DNA of 64,000 nucleotides from Squalus acanthias (lineage: Eukaryota): the NCBI GenBank assembly GCA_030390025.1, contig CM059432.1, positions 115,322,001 to 115,386,000 on the forward strand, given 5' to 3'. The position numbers and the translations under genes were made by a program. Below, piece after piece: positions 13,123 to 26,958 of the stretch (position 1 is its first letter; the number at the start of each line of letters is the position of its first letter). The notes beneath the pieces were generated by a model that ran no database searches, was not told the DNA's origin, and saw only the letters and a program-made list of their open reading frames with translations.

Positions 13123-15600
13123 TTTATTGGTTCAGTTAAAAACAATGGGAAACTAAAATCTAGAAACGTAGAAATCACAATTCTTAAGTAGTTACTTTAT
13201 ACGAGTCTTTAACCAGGAACAGGAGGGAAAGTTGCATAATTTAGAGACAGGCGGCGGGAGGATTGCCCATCCGTTGTAGAACCTGCCCGATTAAAATCAA
13301 CATTAAACACAATCCATTTGAAAAGAAGAAGTAGGATAGTAGACTGGATAAATCAGGAAGTCATGTTTAGATGACGCCATTACACAGAGAGTTATAGGGG
13401 GAAAGGGAGAGAGTAAAAAAATGAGATGGAACCGATCTTGGGAATCTGGACCATTCTTGTAAGAATTAGCAGTCTACTTTTATTTAGCAAATCTTAATTG
13501 ATTTAGTACTCTGTCTCACTTACTGCCAAATTAATAGGGTTATTGAAAAATATATATGCATGCTGTCTTGTTGGCAATCCATTCTACCAGGTTACTGCCC
13601 AGGCAGTGAACTTGAAAACTACCCCTCAGATTTCCAGAAACAGCAGAGGAGCCAGACAGTATGCAAGTAACAAAGGATATGGTTACTAAAAGTTTAGAAG
13701 CTCTTAAAATGTACAAAGTGCCTGCCTCAAAATAACGTAGCCACAAATCTTAACAGTGATGCGGACTGAAATTAGTGAAGTTTCAAACTGATGACATAAC
13801 ACCTCTGTGAAGTCAAGCTCCCAGATAAAGTTCCGAGTGCCATTAGGCCAAGGCGTGTGGCGCAGCAGAAAGGGATTAACATACTGCTGGCACAGTAAAG
13901 GACAGCATATTGTATCAGTGATCCTCCCGTGAGCTTTCCAGTCTCAGCCATGCCACTGTGGCAAGGCATGCAGCAGAATTCAAGGCACCTCTCTGCAACT
14001 GCGGTGGGCACGAGGGAAAGTTTGCCACTCAGCTATCTTGTGCTACCCTTGCACACCCCATGCTGCTGATTACGCCCCTGAGCAGCTGGATATATATCTC
14101 CAGCCTGGCTTCTGTGCCGAGGAAGGTATATACTGCAGGAAGACTTTATAGGAGGGGTTGAGGGAGAACATGTTGTTACAAGTCACTCTTCCCCAGCTCT
14201 TCCATGCTTGGGGATTAAAATACTTTTTCTTTCCAAATAGAGTTAGTGTCACATATTTTCTCACTAAAACTTTTTAGTGGGGATGGAAATGGCACAAAGT
14301 CTTTTCCAATTTTATTCAGTCTAGGAACCTTTTATTGCTTTGTATCGGACTGACTGTGGTGAAGTCAAAAGGACCGTGTCAATACTAGATAATTGCACCA
14401 CTGCGATCAGCTAAAAGTGTGTAAAACTGCTGTTACATTTGCCTTAGAGCACTGAACTGGAATCACTTGTTGTCTTCACCCAGGTGGATGCTTTTTTTTA
14501 ATAAAGCTGAAGTGCCTAATGATCACCACAGTTTATTCTGTATCCATAATTTAGTATCACCTCATTAATATTCATAAACAACCATGGTGATCAGGAGAAA
14601 TAAAGTGAATGTCAATTTTATTGGACTACTGTATGAATTAGATTTTTTTAACTGAAGTCGTCTTCTGATGTTAATGAACTTGTACTGGGTGGGGTATTCT
14701 TTTTCACTTACTGAAGAAACTAGATGAAGTTCCAAGGCCCCCAGTGCAGGACATAATCTGTTTTAAAAGTAGGACAGTAGACTAGATAAATCTGGAAGTA
14801 GTATTTAGATGATGCAAATACTCATTGATTTAGCATTCTTACTACCAAAATAATAGTGTTGTTGAGAATATATACATGCTCTTGTTTATCATAATCACTA
14901 CTGCAAAGTCAAGAGAATCAGAGACAGCAACAGAAAATAAAAGTAATAATTGTGTTAAATTATATTTCAATGCATAATGATGTACATCATGTACCTGCCA
15001 GTGGTGTATCACTTATTTGAGTACTCCCCTGATTGTTCAACCAGTTTATTCAGTGACTAGGCCGTACTGACTAGGAAGGTGCCAGATTTGATTCCTGGTC
15101 CGTACTTCTTTAGCCGATCTCAGAAAGACTGGTGGTAGGAGCTCTTTAATTGTCCTTAGCACCCTAGAAGAATTGCCCTTGCTAGAAGTGCACGTGTGTG
15201 AACGCTGTGTGAAGACAGAATCAGGCTCAGCTGTGCTGCCCCACGTCTAATAGACGGTCGACACTCACCATCAGGCATGTGAGTAATGGTTGCTTGGGCA
15301 GAATCCTCATGAAACCATACACCAGCAAGGAATCAACTAGAAGAGGAAAGGGCGGTAAACTGCCAGTGGAGAAAAAAAAGTCAGGACAGTGAATCTACCC
15401 CCATTCAAAGTGGCCACTAGATGGAGTCTGTGCACTAATTTTTAAAAGTTTTAAAGAGGTTTTTTCCTTGAATATAATAACACAGAATTATAATAATAAT
15501 GGAGTTAATAACCATGTTAACAATAATTTCGATACAAAATAAGAATAATTCATATCAATATGAAACATGTAACAAAACTGCATTCACTGGGTGAATAAAG

Positions 15601-15860
15601 TCCCAGCGCCTTCCACGACCTCAGGATGTCCCAAAGCGCTTTACAGCCAATGAAATATTTTTGATGTGTAGTTACTGTTGTAATGTAGGAAATGCGGCAG
15701 ACAAATTGCGCACAGCAATGAGATAATAACCAGATAATCTTTTTTTTAGTGATGTTGGTTGAGGGATAAATGTTGGCAGGACTTGGGGAGAATTTCCCTG
15801 CGCTTCTTCAAAATAGTGCCATGGGATCTTTTAAGTCAGCCTGCATTATGCGCTCAAGTC
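15601..15860 (-). mobile_element. Deu-domain SINE fragment
   Basis: Similar to 5430-5670. Confidence 0.75.
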
Positions 15861-16174
15861 TCGTATATTATAAGGACGGGGCTGAAGAGACAAACATAAT
15901 ACTAATTAAGCTCATTGGGACGTTTTACTACATTAAAGGCACTTTATAAATGTAAGTTGTTGTTGTTGTAGTAGGCTACTCTTTGCTGAGGTCAAGGTTC
16001 AGTGTATTCACAGGGTGAGATGAAAATTCCTTCTATCTCCTGTCAGCAAAGCTTCTCAAGCCATAGCAGGATCAAATGTGGGGAAATGGGGGTGAGGAAG
16101 GATGAGAATTGCCAATATCTTGTGGGTGAGAGGACAGTCAAAGATAAAGCTACCCAGCATAAAAAGCCCTTCAT

Positions 16175-16833
16175 CGTAGAGATTGGGTTGCGACCATTTT
16201 TGGGCACATTGGGTGGGGGGGGGGGGGGGGCGGGGGGAGTGCGGTGGTAGGTTGCACCCCGCACCTGAATGGTCTGCTTCGAGGCTCTCCAGATATTGGA
16301 CCATGAGCCTCATTTCAGTGTTGCTGGCAAAGCATCAAGTCCGCCAGTGAAGAGGACTCCAAGTTCAGTAAATGTTGTCGGGCATCGGGACCTGGGTTGG
16401 GGGGGTCAAGGGTTAGGATTGTGCGGGTTGGTGTCAAGGGCCAGGGATCAGGTCAGGAGAGGAGACGAAATTGGGTCCTTTTTAATGTGGGGTTGGGAGG
16501 AGCCTCCCCTTACTCCACCCAGCTCCACATTGAAATAAGTTACTTACCTTCTTTGTTGCAGGCGATCTCTAGGGCTGGTGTCCGTGAGTGCAGTGGGCTG
16601 CCTCAGGGAAAACTAATCTTACAGAAGGGGCGCTCAAACAGGCATTAGGATCCTTATTTGCATAGGCCTGCTTCAGGTGAGTAAAGGATGCCTCTTGTTT
16701 GACCTTAGCCAATATGGTGGGCGGCGCACTTCCGGCTGGAAATGCGTGCACACTTCCTGCCCGCCATATTGGGGCCGTAGTAGTTCAAGAAACACCCTGA
16801 AAACTTAGCTGTACGCGAACCAACTTCTAGGCC
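16175..16833. mobile_element. Probable non-autonomous Harbinger-type element
   Basis: Right end ccaacttctaggcc resembles the copy-1 TIR; left end gtagagattggg; GC-rich interior. Confidence 0.4.
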
Positions 16834-16872
16834 TTCAACTCTTCACTCCCAATGCCGCAGAGAGACTTGAAG

Positions 16873-17552
16873 ATCATAGAGAATCATAGTATCATAGAAA
16901 TTTACAGCACAGAAGGAGGCCATTCGGCCCATCATGTCTCTGCCAGTCAAAAAAGAACTATCCAGCCTAATCCCACTTTCCAGCTCTTGGTCCGTAGCCT
17001 TGTAGGTTACGGCATTTCAAGTGCATATCCAAGTACTTTTTAAATGTGATGAGGGTTTCTGCCTCTACCACCCTTTCAGGGAGTGAGTTCCAGACCCCCA
17101 CCACCCTCTGGGTGAAAAAAGTTCTCCTCAACTCCCTCTAATCCTTCTACCAATTACTTTAAATCTATGCCCCCTGGTTATTGACCTTTCTGCTAAGGGA
17201 AATAGGTCCTTCCTATCCACTCTATCCAGGCCCCTCATAATTTTATACACCTCAATTAAGTCCCCCCTCAGCCTCCTCTGTTCCGAAGTAAACAACCCCA
17301 GCCTATCCAATCTTTCCTCATAGCTAAAATTCTCCAGTTCTGGCAACATCCTCGTAAATCTCCTCTGTACCGTCTCTAGTGCAATCACATCCTTCCTGTA
17401 ATGTGGTGACCAGAACTGCATGCAGTATTCTAGCTGCGGCCTAACTAGTGTTTTATACAGTTCAAGCATAACCTCCCTGCTCTTATATTCTATGCCTCGG
17501 CTAATAATGGAAAGTATCCCATATGCCTTCTTAACCACCTTATCTACCTGTC
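16873..17552 (-). mobile_element. CR1 LINE, 5'-truncated
   Basis: ORF 17128-17538 (LYKTLVRPQLEYC..FWSP, RRLRGDLIEVYK); (TTCTATGA)-type tail. Confidence 0.92.
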
Positions 17553-17865
17553 CTATATATCCTATATATTCAAAGTGTAATACAAAAAGTAATGGCCCCG
17601 GTAATAACCCAGTCGGGTTGTGAGCGGGGGTTGGGGCGATAGTGGGTGCGAAACCCGGTAGAAGTTTTGGTGCGTTGGAATGTCCGATTTCACCATGAAT
17701 ACCTAATTATCATTTCACTTCCCGGGTTTCATGTCTCCAACACGCGTCAGCGGGCGTGATGTGCTCCTGCATGATGTGATCACAGCTCGAGTATTTAAAG
17801 GGCCAATTCAAAGAGGGAACTTGGAAGAGTTGGGAGGTTTTGCATAGGGACGGCAATCGTCCAAG

Positions 17866-19580
17866 ATGGACTCAGGACGCTCAATGGCTGCGACCCGCTT
17901 TAATGCGCCTTGCTTGATGCACGGCTGGGAGCAGTGAGGAATAGGAAGAAGATAATCTTCCTCGGCAACATAAGAAGAAACCTGCTGCTGGCACGAAGCA
18001 GGCGTGGCTAGAGGTGGCTGAGGGGTCAGCAGCAGGAGTATTGTGCCCCGTACCTGGATTCATTGCAGGAAATGGTCAGGAAAGGTGAGTACAGTTGCAG
18101 ATTCACAATCATCCTGGAGTGCACACCCCACCCCCGCAACTCTGTCTTGTCAAGCGCACTCCATCACATCACTCCTCACACCCACTTAAGTTTGAAGAAT
18201 TCTCTTTCTGTGCACTTCCTCACCTCCCCATTTATCCATCCACCACTGCCACGTACCCCAATCCTTATGCATCCATCGGGTGAACACAGGCCTCAAAGAC
18301 ACTCGTAGGTCTGTCGTTCCCTTGTTGCAGGAGAAGCGAGCGCAAAACACGAGGGAGAGGAACAGCGATGGGCCTCCACAGATTGTGCAGCTGACATCAT
18401 CAGAGGAAGAGGCCAAGGAGAGCAGTGGCATATCTGCATTCCTGACCATCGGAGATGGGGAGATGGGGACCTCCCAGCTACCTGGTGACACAATTAAATA
18501 TCAGCCACCCACACATCATGAAACACTCAGTCATGTTGACTTGATTTCAACAGCGAGTGAAATATGATCATCTTCATGATGATAAATTGCAACATTCTTA
18601 CCTTGCCAGGACTAATTCATGTCTTTTATCATCGACAGGCCTTTCACATGTGTAGCAGCAATCAGTGGACCTTCGGACGACGAATCTTCAGAGGAGCTGA
18701 TTCCTTCTGAGGGTGCACCGACACAGGACTCATGCTTGCCATGCACCAACTCAGATACTCACACATCGGTGGGACCAGTTAGACAGATAGTTGGGATTTC
18801 ACTTGGCGGCTCACAGTTCACAAGTGAGCACGAGCAGATGGTGGAGACAGTGGAGAGTGCGCCGCGGCCCTCACCAAGCTCTGCTCGGCTGCACACAGAT
18901 GCTGTACCCCGGGGGCCATCGATGAAGAGGAGAATCATTGAGGGGCAGCAGAAAATCTGCAACGTACTGGCAGGCCTTCCACGCACACTTTCCACGATTG
19001 CAGAGAGAATGGAGGAGTCCAGCTCAAGCAAGAGTGGGTTGATGTCGCAGGGCATTGCGAGGGTGTCTTCTTCCATGGATAGATTGGACAACTCCAGGAA
19101 CATCAGTCGCTGCAATCAAATGAGTCCGTGCACACTTTGACCATGGCCGTACAGACTCTGGATGCCAATATGTCTGGCGCCTTAAATAGGATGACAGATA
19201 CGTTAGCCTTGGCCTTACAGTGCATCACTGATCTGCTTGAAGCTGCTCTCCAGCAGAGGGGTAGGAGTGAAGTGCGGCTGAACCATGAGAGGGATGATGG
19301 CGAAAGGGGACATGGAAGTAGGGACTCCACTCAAAGCACTTCCACTTCTCACCCATTTGCCCTCCCTCAGTCAGTATCCGACATGCTGCCTTGTCTCTCG
19401 ATGGCAGAGTCTGGCCCTGCAGAGGTGGAGCAGTCTTTGGTGGGGCCCTCACGGGCTTCAGCACCCAGAGATCATCGGCCAGGAGCATCTCAACAGACAG
19501 AGCAGCCTGCCTCTACTTCTGCTGAAGCCACAGGGGTTGCACCACGTAGGAGCGATAGGAAAAAGAGTAAAGCTTTGTAA
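17866..19580 (+). pseudogene. Harbinger Myb/SANT-like gene, 3 exons (17866-18084, 18331-~18484, ~18639-19580), disrupted
   Basis: AAG|GTGAGT donor at 18084; TTGCAG|GAGAAG acceptor at 18331; EKRAQNTRER and MEESSS blocks; basic C-terminus RRSDRKKSKAL. Confidence 0.8.
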
Positions 19581-19859
19581 TTGCAGAAGGGTATGCACAT
19601 TGGTGTTTAACAAAATGTTATGTTGTTAAGTTTCTTATTTAGTACAATCAGATAAAATGTATTACTTTGCACCACTTTCCCGTGTTGCCTAGTCTTGGTT
19701 GCAACTCGCTTTTCAGCGACATGAATTGATGGGGGAACCAAAACGGGATGTTCCATGGGTGGATGGTTGGTTACAGGACTGCTTTGTGACAGTGGGTTGG
19801 GCGGGGCAGGAGGTAAGAATGGCCGTTGGATGTGCTAGTTACATTGGTGGTAACTAGCT

Positions 19860-21052
19860 GAACCTTACAGCTATAAGGGAATCCCTGGCATTCCAGGCTG
19901 CAACATGAGTGGCTGGTGCTGCATTGGGGTTACCATCTTCATTCTCCTCCTCCTCTTCCTCCTCCGCCTCTTCATTGGATTCATCCATAGATGATGTGGG
20001 CTCAGCGCCTTGTTCCTGCTGCAGCTCCAATCATCGCTGCTGCGCAATGTTGTGAAGAGTGCAGCACACCATGACCATTCTGGAGAGCCTGGCTGGCGAG
20101 AACTGAAGGGCGCCTCCAGACCTGTCCAGGCATCTGAAGCGCATCTTGAGCATGCCGATCGCTTGCCCAATGACACATCTGGTGGTCATATGGCTGTGGT
20201 TATAGCGCTATTGGGCTCTGTTGGTGGGGTTCCTCACGGGTGTCATCAGCCAATTTTTTGAATGGGGTATCCTTTGTCTCCTAGCAGCCACCCCTTAAGT
20301 CTGCTTGCAGGTCCAGAGAGGTTGGGAGCTTAGACTGCCGCAGCATGAAAGCATCATGGTAACTCCCCGGGAATCTGGTGTACACCTGCATAAACCTTTT
20401 TTTGTGGATGCACACCAGCTGCACATTGATGGAATGGAATCCCTTGTGATTTACAAATACGCCCGATTGTTCTGGGGGTGCGTGGATTGTCACGTGTGTG
20501 CAGTCGATGACACTCTGCATCTGTGGGAACCCAGCCAGAGACGCAAACCCGAGCGCCCGTTCATTCTGATTAGCGTCATCACAAGCGAAGTTGTTATAAT
20601 TGCCGGCCATGCCAAACAACCCAACATTCACCTGTCTTATGCATTTGTGTGCAGCCGACTGGGAGATCCTGGCTATGTTTCCGGTAGCACCCTGGAATGA
20701 TCCAGAGACAAAAATGTTGGGGACAGAGGTCACTTTCACAACCACTGTATTGCATGGCCACCAGGTCCAACAGGGAGTAGGTTTTCTTCTAGGAGGCTGC
20801 AGATGTCTGCCTCCACCTGACACGACAATCTCAGCCTCCGGAAACCCTGCTCTTCCGAGAGGTCAAGGAAGCTGAGCCTCTGCCTGTACACCCTGTTATG
20901 CGGGTAGTGCTTCCTGCAACCTCAACTCCTCTGCTGCTCCTCCCCTCTCTGCTGACCACCTGCAAGTATCTCCACAGCAGGCTGTTGCTGCAGCTGATGG
21001 TCATCTTGCTCCTCGGCCAAGGTCCAATTTAAGGCAGCCATGGTGCCACCCA
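19860..21052 (-). pseudogene. Harbinger DDE transposase pseudogene
   Basis: GSFQGATGNI, GFPQMQSVIDCTH, NHKGFHSINVQLVC, FPGSYHDAF, and an acidic C-terminal tract. Confidence 0.9.
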
Positions 21053-21227
21053 TTCTGATCTTGAGTCTCAAAAACTCCAAAGTGCACAAGTACTCTCAGC
21101 AAACTCTTTCCCAGTGAGAGTTAAGAAAGCAGCTGTGATCACTGAGTATTTATTGATGTCCATATGCATGACTTTTAATGAGCCCTCTCACTCTTCTCGC
21201 CTTCTTTTCAATGGCGACTTTCAGGAA

Positions 21228-21560
21228 AAAATTGAGAGGTCGCACAACACCAGGTTATAGTCCAACAGTTTTATTTGAAATCACAAGCTTTCGGAGCTAT
21301 CGATCGCCCCTTCCTCAGGTGAAGTAGTAAAGAAATACAGACTTGACAAAGCATATATAGATAGAGAACAATGCATGTGTACCTTACAATTGCAGACAAC
21401 TAAATTAAATCATCCTGACTATCTGCCGAGGTGTGATAAAGTTAATCAGGTCAGCCAGGAAGGTACCACATCAAAGACATAGCAAGATACAACTGAGACA
21501 ATGAGGTGGAGTCACAGGGGGTCTAACGTGTCAAAAGCTGCCGTCTGTATGTAAAACGAT
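21228..21560 (-). mobile_element. Penelope-like element terminal (pLTR) fragment inserted in Harbinger copy 2
   Basis: gtcgcacaacaccaggttatagtccaac is shared with the termini of the GIY-YIG element at 57866-59024; right boundary is approximate. Confidence 0.75.
21281..21322 (-). ncRNA. Minimal type I hammerhead ribozyme motif
   Basis: Minus strand reads UCAC-CUGAGGA-A-GGGGC(loop)GCUCC-GAAA-GC-UU-GUGA. Confidence 0.75.
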
Positions 21561-21948
21561 AAGCTGTAAAAAAATGTTTTTTTACTTTTTTACTGGGAAA
21601 ATTTTTACTTTTTTACTGGGAATCACATCAGGAAGCCCAATAAACTCATGTTAAATTTAAATCTCGGTGAAAATCTAATTGAAATTGCCTCATTTAAGTA
21701 TTATAAGCAGTAGCCCACCTCTCTGGAGGGGGTTACCCACACTCATTGAAAAGCGCTCGAGTTAAACCCGGAAATCTGCGTGTTGGAGCCGGCTTCTGGA
21801 CAAACTGACATTTTTGACGATTTTAATGATCCTTCCAAACCCAAACCCACGTGGTCCTTAGTGTTAAAAGTCCCCCCATGTATATAGCATGTAAGTAGCA
21901 AATACTGAGTGACTGATAATATATGGAACGTATGCCACTTGTATCAAT

Positions 21949-22692
21949 GGCCCGGAGTCTGTGGTCCTGATGACGGTGAACTGGCAGCGTTCGCCGTCAT
22001 TCCGCCTTTGAAACTAACCGTAACTTCAGGATTTAGCGCACGCGCAGCCTAATCCGTAAATCCTGAAGTTGCGGTTAGTCATTCACTGCTCCGATACAGG
22101 TTGCGCTGTGCCCCCACCCCCACCCCACAACCGGCAATCAGTGAAATCACTCAAATCAGGGAAACTGACGAAAACCTCGGCTCTCCCGCAGTAATTACGT
22201 TGTTAAATTCCCCACTAAAAGTTAGACCCAAAGGGATTAGGTGTAACTGGGGTTTTAACAGCGTATTGACTGCTAAGCAAAGGTTATGGCCCTGAAAAAC
22301 TAATTTTAATTTTGTGCAGTGTCAAATTTATCCATTTTAATAAAAATTAAAATTTTTAAGAAACTGTTTGTTCATCTTTATTTCAGGTTTGCCTTTTCCC
22401 CATGTGAAAGCTACAATCTTTCCTTTGCTCTCTCGAACATTTTCAAAAAGTTAGAATTTTAGGAGCTTACTCACTTCCTGGTCACTGTCTGTGAGAATTC
22501 TGTGTTTTTGATTGGCTGCTTAGACAGCCTGTTGACGTCACAGCAGCTCTTTGGTGGGAATCCCCATTAACTTCCGTTGATTTAAATTACGCGTTGGAAA
22601 ACCCGAAATTCTCGACACAGAGATTGTGAGATCTTTGTGCGAAGCTTACTTCGAGGCCAGCAGTGAACGCCACTGACCGCAAATTCTGGGCC
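21949..22692. mobile_element. Non-autonomous Harbinger-type element (744 bp)
   Basis: TIRs GGCCCGGAGTCTGTGGTC / GGCCCAGAATTTGCGGTC; perfect AAT TSD. Confidence 0.8.
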
Positions 22693-23650
22693 AATGTAAC
22701 TACAACTACAATTCAGGGTTTATCACCCCACCCCTCCAAGTTATTCAGCTCTTTGTCGCACACTGGTCAGTATTACATATACCATTGCAATCTTGCATAG
22801 AACAGCCATGTGTCAGAAGTGACACTTGCTTATTTTTAGTTTAAAAAGGTCAAGTGTTTTGATGGGTACCACTCTTATTGCTTAGGTTGTCGGCAGGCTT
22901 CAATGCAGCTCCTTTCTCCCTGAGCTGATCCACCATCTTCCGTGTGTATGGAATGAGCCCATAAATTCCAGCATTTCCCTTGTCTTGCTAGATAACACTG
23001 GAGGATGAGACCAAACAAAAGATCACTATGGAGATAGGGTTATCCCAATATTCGCTGCACTAGTGACAGCCCTCTATTAAAACTGCAGGATTCGCTTTCC
23101 AGTGCAAACCAGTAATATAACCGAGAAATCCCACAGCCAGGCAGGCTGTAAAAGAAGAAAGGGGAATAGAAAAAAAAGGAGGTAGATAAATACAGAAAAA
23201 GAAAAAAAGAGGATAAGAAGGGGAAAGAAGAATGCATTAATGCCATTTGGCTGTCCCTTGTGGCCCAAGTGACAGATGCAGTTTGCCGCTTTCAGCCATG
23301 ATTATGTTTTGGGCACGGTGCATGTCTCAGGTGTACAGCTCGCAACTGAAAATCGCACACTTAGGATTTATCTAATGTTGACAGCTCTCCAGTTCATGCA
23401 CTGAAATAAACATTAATATTATCATAATAAATATTCCCAGGAATAGCTTTATGATTGCAATATTAATATTTAAGTATCACATTAAGCACCTAAAAGACAA
23501 ATTGACATCAAACAGAATGTAAATGCTTTACCAACGCTTGCAGAAGCCAAGATGTCCTGCAGCCAATGATTAAGCTCATCAGTGGTTCCTGCTTTTGGGC
23601 AAGTATAATCAAATTGTGATCTGTCTCACTCCGTGTGTCCATAATCTCAC

Positions 23651-25757
23651 TCATAGAATCATAGAATGGTTACAGCATGGAAGGCGGCCATTTGGCCCAT
23701 CGAGCCCGTGCCAGCTCTATGCAAGAGCACTTCAGCTAGTCCCACTCTTCCGCCCTTTCCCCGTAGCCCTGCAAATTTCTTTCCTTCAGATACTTATCCA
23801 ACTCCCTTTTGAAAGCTGTGATTGAATCTGCCTCCACCACCCTTTCAGGCAGTGCATTCCAGATCTTAACCACTCGCTGCGTAAAAATGTTTTTTCTTAC
23901 GTCGCCTTTGGTTCTTTTGTCAATCACCTTAAATCTGTGTCCTCTGGTTCTCAACCTTTCTGCCAATGGGAACAGTTTCTCTCTATCTACTCTGTCCAGA
24001 CCCCTCATGATTTTGACCACCTCTATCAAATCTCCTCTCAATCTTCTCTGCTCCAAGGAGAACAACCCCAGCTTATGAAGTCCCTCATACCTGGAACCAT
24101 TCTTGTAGACCTTTTCTGCACCCTCTCTCAGGCCTTCACATCCTTCCTAAAGTGTGATGCCCAGAATTGGACACAGTACTCCAGTTGCAGCTGAACCAGT
24201 GTTTTATACAGGTTCATCATAATTTCTACACTTTTGTACTCTATACCTCTATTCATGAAACCCAGGATCCCATAAGCCTTTTTAACTGCTTTCTCAACCT
24301 GCCCTGACACCTTCAACGATTTGTGCACACATACTACCCCCAGATCTCTGTTCGTGTACCCCCTTCAGGATTGTACCATTTAGTTTATATGTCCTCTCCT
24401 CATTCTTTCTACCAAAATGTATCACTTCACACTTTTCTGCGTTAAATTTCATCTGCCACATGTCCGCCCATTTCACCAGCCTGTCTATGTCTTCCTGAAG
24501 TCTATCACTCTCCTCCTCACTGTTCACTATACTTCCAAGTTTTGTGTCATCTGCAGATTTTGAAATTGTGCCCCGTACACCCATGTCCAAGTCATTAGTA
24601 TATATTAAGAAAAGCAGTGGTCCTAGAACCGACCCCTGGGGAACACCACTGTATACCTTCCTCCAGTCCGAAAAACAACTGTTCACCACTACTCTCTGTT
24701 TCCTATCACGTATCCAATTCCATATCCATGCTGCCACTGTCCCTTTTATTCCATGGGCTTCAACTTTGCTGGCAAGCCTATTATGTGGCACTTTGTCGAA
24801 CGCCTTTTGGAAATCCATGTACACTATGTGAACTGCATTACCCTCATCAATCCTCTCTGTTACCTCATCAAAGAACTCAAACAAGTTAGTTAAACACGAT
24901 TTGCCTTTAACAAATTCGTACTGGTGTTCCTTAATTAATCCACACTTGTCCAAGTGACTGTTAATTTTGTCCCTGATTATTGTTTCTAAAAAGCTTCCAC
25001 ACTACCGAGGTCAAACTGACCGGCCAGTAGTTGCAGGGTTTATCCTTACACCCTTTTTTGAACAATGGTGTAACATTTGCAATTCTCCAGTCCTCTGGCA
25101 CCACCCTCGGATCTAAGGCGGATTGGAATATTGGAATGGCCAGTACCTCCGCGATTTCCTCCCTCAATTCCCTCAGCATCCTAGGATGCATCCCATCTGC
25201 TCCTGGTGACTTAGCTACTTTAAGTACAGCCAGCCTTTCTAATACCTTCTCTTTGTCAATTTTTATCCTATCAAGCATCTACACTACCTCATCCATTACT
25301 ATGTCTATGGCAGCATCCTCTTCCTTGATGAAGATAGATGCAAAGTACTCATTTAGTACCTCAGCCATACCCTCTGCCTCCATGCATAGGTCACCTTTTT
25401 GGTCCCTAATCGGCCCCACCCCTCCTCTTACTAACCTTTTACTATTTATATGCCTATAGAAGACTTTTGGATCACCTTTTATGTTGGCTGCTATTCTATT
25501 CTCATACCCTCTCTTTGCCCCTCCTATTTTCTTTTTCACTTCTCCTCTGACCTTTCTATATATTGCCTGATTCTCAGATGTATTTGCAACCTGACATCTG
25601 TCATTCGCGCTCTTTTTCTGCTTCATCATATTCTCTATCTCTTTTGTCATCCAGGGAGCCCTGACTGTAGTTGCCCTGCCTTTTCTCCTAATGGGAATAT
25701 ACCTCAACTGTACCTGAACTATTTCCTCTTTAAAAGGCAGCCCATTGTTCCATTACA
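23651..25757 (-). mobile_element. CR1 LINE, 5'-truncated, RT domain with frameshifts
   Basis: ORFs 23736-25707: KSPGADGMHPR, DFQKAFDKVPH, GVPQGSVLGP, ADDTKL; (TTCTATGA) tail. Confidence 0.95.
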
Positions 25758-26719
25758 GTTTGCCCCAGTGAAACATTTTTACTCTAGATTGACAATTCCT
25801 CGACAGCCCAGCGGATCCTAAATATACCCCAGGTCAAAATCAAAATGAATAACAAATTCTCAGAGGTGTACATTTACCCAGAAATTAACATATTTCCTCC
25901 TGCAAAATTGGTGTTTACTGAGTTAAAACCTATGGTAAACACACACCTTTTCATTCATTGGTAACTCATTGGATTGAAGTGCAAAGGTGATAAGATGCTG
26001 AATAAATGCAACGTTGTTTTCTTTATAGCCTAGACATTATAGCTCAGTAACTAATATCCTGCAAATCTATATCTATTTACCCATTTTTCTATAAGAAAGG
26101 TCTTGCATTTCGCACACTGTTCTGGGGAAGCTTCTGTTATTTCAAGTCATACTGGGCGTATTGTACAGTGTAACCACAGTATACACTTCTGGGAAAGCCC
26201 TTTCTAAATTTTTCTCGGGGAGGAGGGGATCTGATAAATGCTTACAACCTTTTATTCTCTACCACCTAAATCCCACCCCACTTCCCCAAGTGCCCGTGCC
26301 CTTCCCTCTCTTGCTTTCTCTTACTGCAGCTGGCTGCTCCTTCCCCATCACAAGTATTTGTACCTATCCCCGATGCTAATTTGCCCCCGTGATCACTGTA
26401 TTCCCAACTATGACCAAGTTACTAGTTTCAATTCTTTACAGTTCTTTACTTGGCATTTACCACACAAACTGGCTACCTTCATCCCAAGTGTTCTCATACC
26501 CCCAAGACCACCCTCCCCCATTGATCTGCCTCAGCACTCCTTCCAACACTTCCATACACCAACACACCATTCCAAGTAATCTCAGACCCCCACCACCAAT
26601 CCGATACACAAGGATTCCCTTCCCACCACTCTCATATCCCAATATTACCAAACTATACCTCAGTAATTCTATACGCTTTCTACATATCTGTAATGTTTTC
26701 CTATTTGTTCAACTCCCAG

Positions 26720-26958
26720 CTCTCAGTCAGAAGGCTGCGGGTTCGGAGCTCATAATCCAGGCTGACACTCCAGTGCAGTGCAGAGAGAGTGCTCCACTGT
26801 TGGAGGTGCCGTGCTTTTTGGATGAAACATTAAACTGAGAACATGTGCCTGTTCAGGTGAACGTAAAAGATCCAATGGCACTTTTTTCCCCTCAACCAAC
26901 AACATCAAAGCAGATTAAGTGAACATTCATCTCATTTGTTGTTTGTGGGACCTTGCTG
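26720..26958 (+). mobile_element. Deu-domain SINE, degraded
   Basis: gctgacactccagtgcag...ggaggtgccg...aaagatcc core. Confidence 0.7.

Larger units (their letters stand above)
17595..21877. mobile_element. PIF/Harbinger DNA transposon copy 2
   Basis: Convergent Myb-like (+) and transposase (-) genes; ends are approximate (degenerate TIRs, possible ATG/ATG TSD). Confidence 0.8.
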
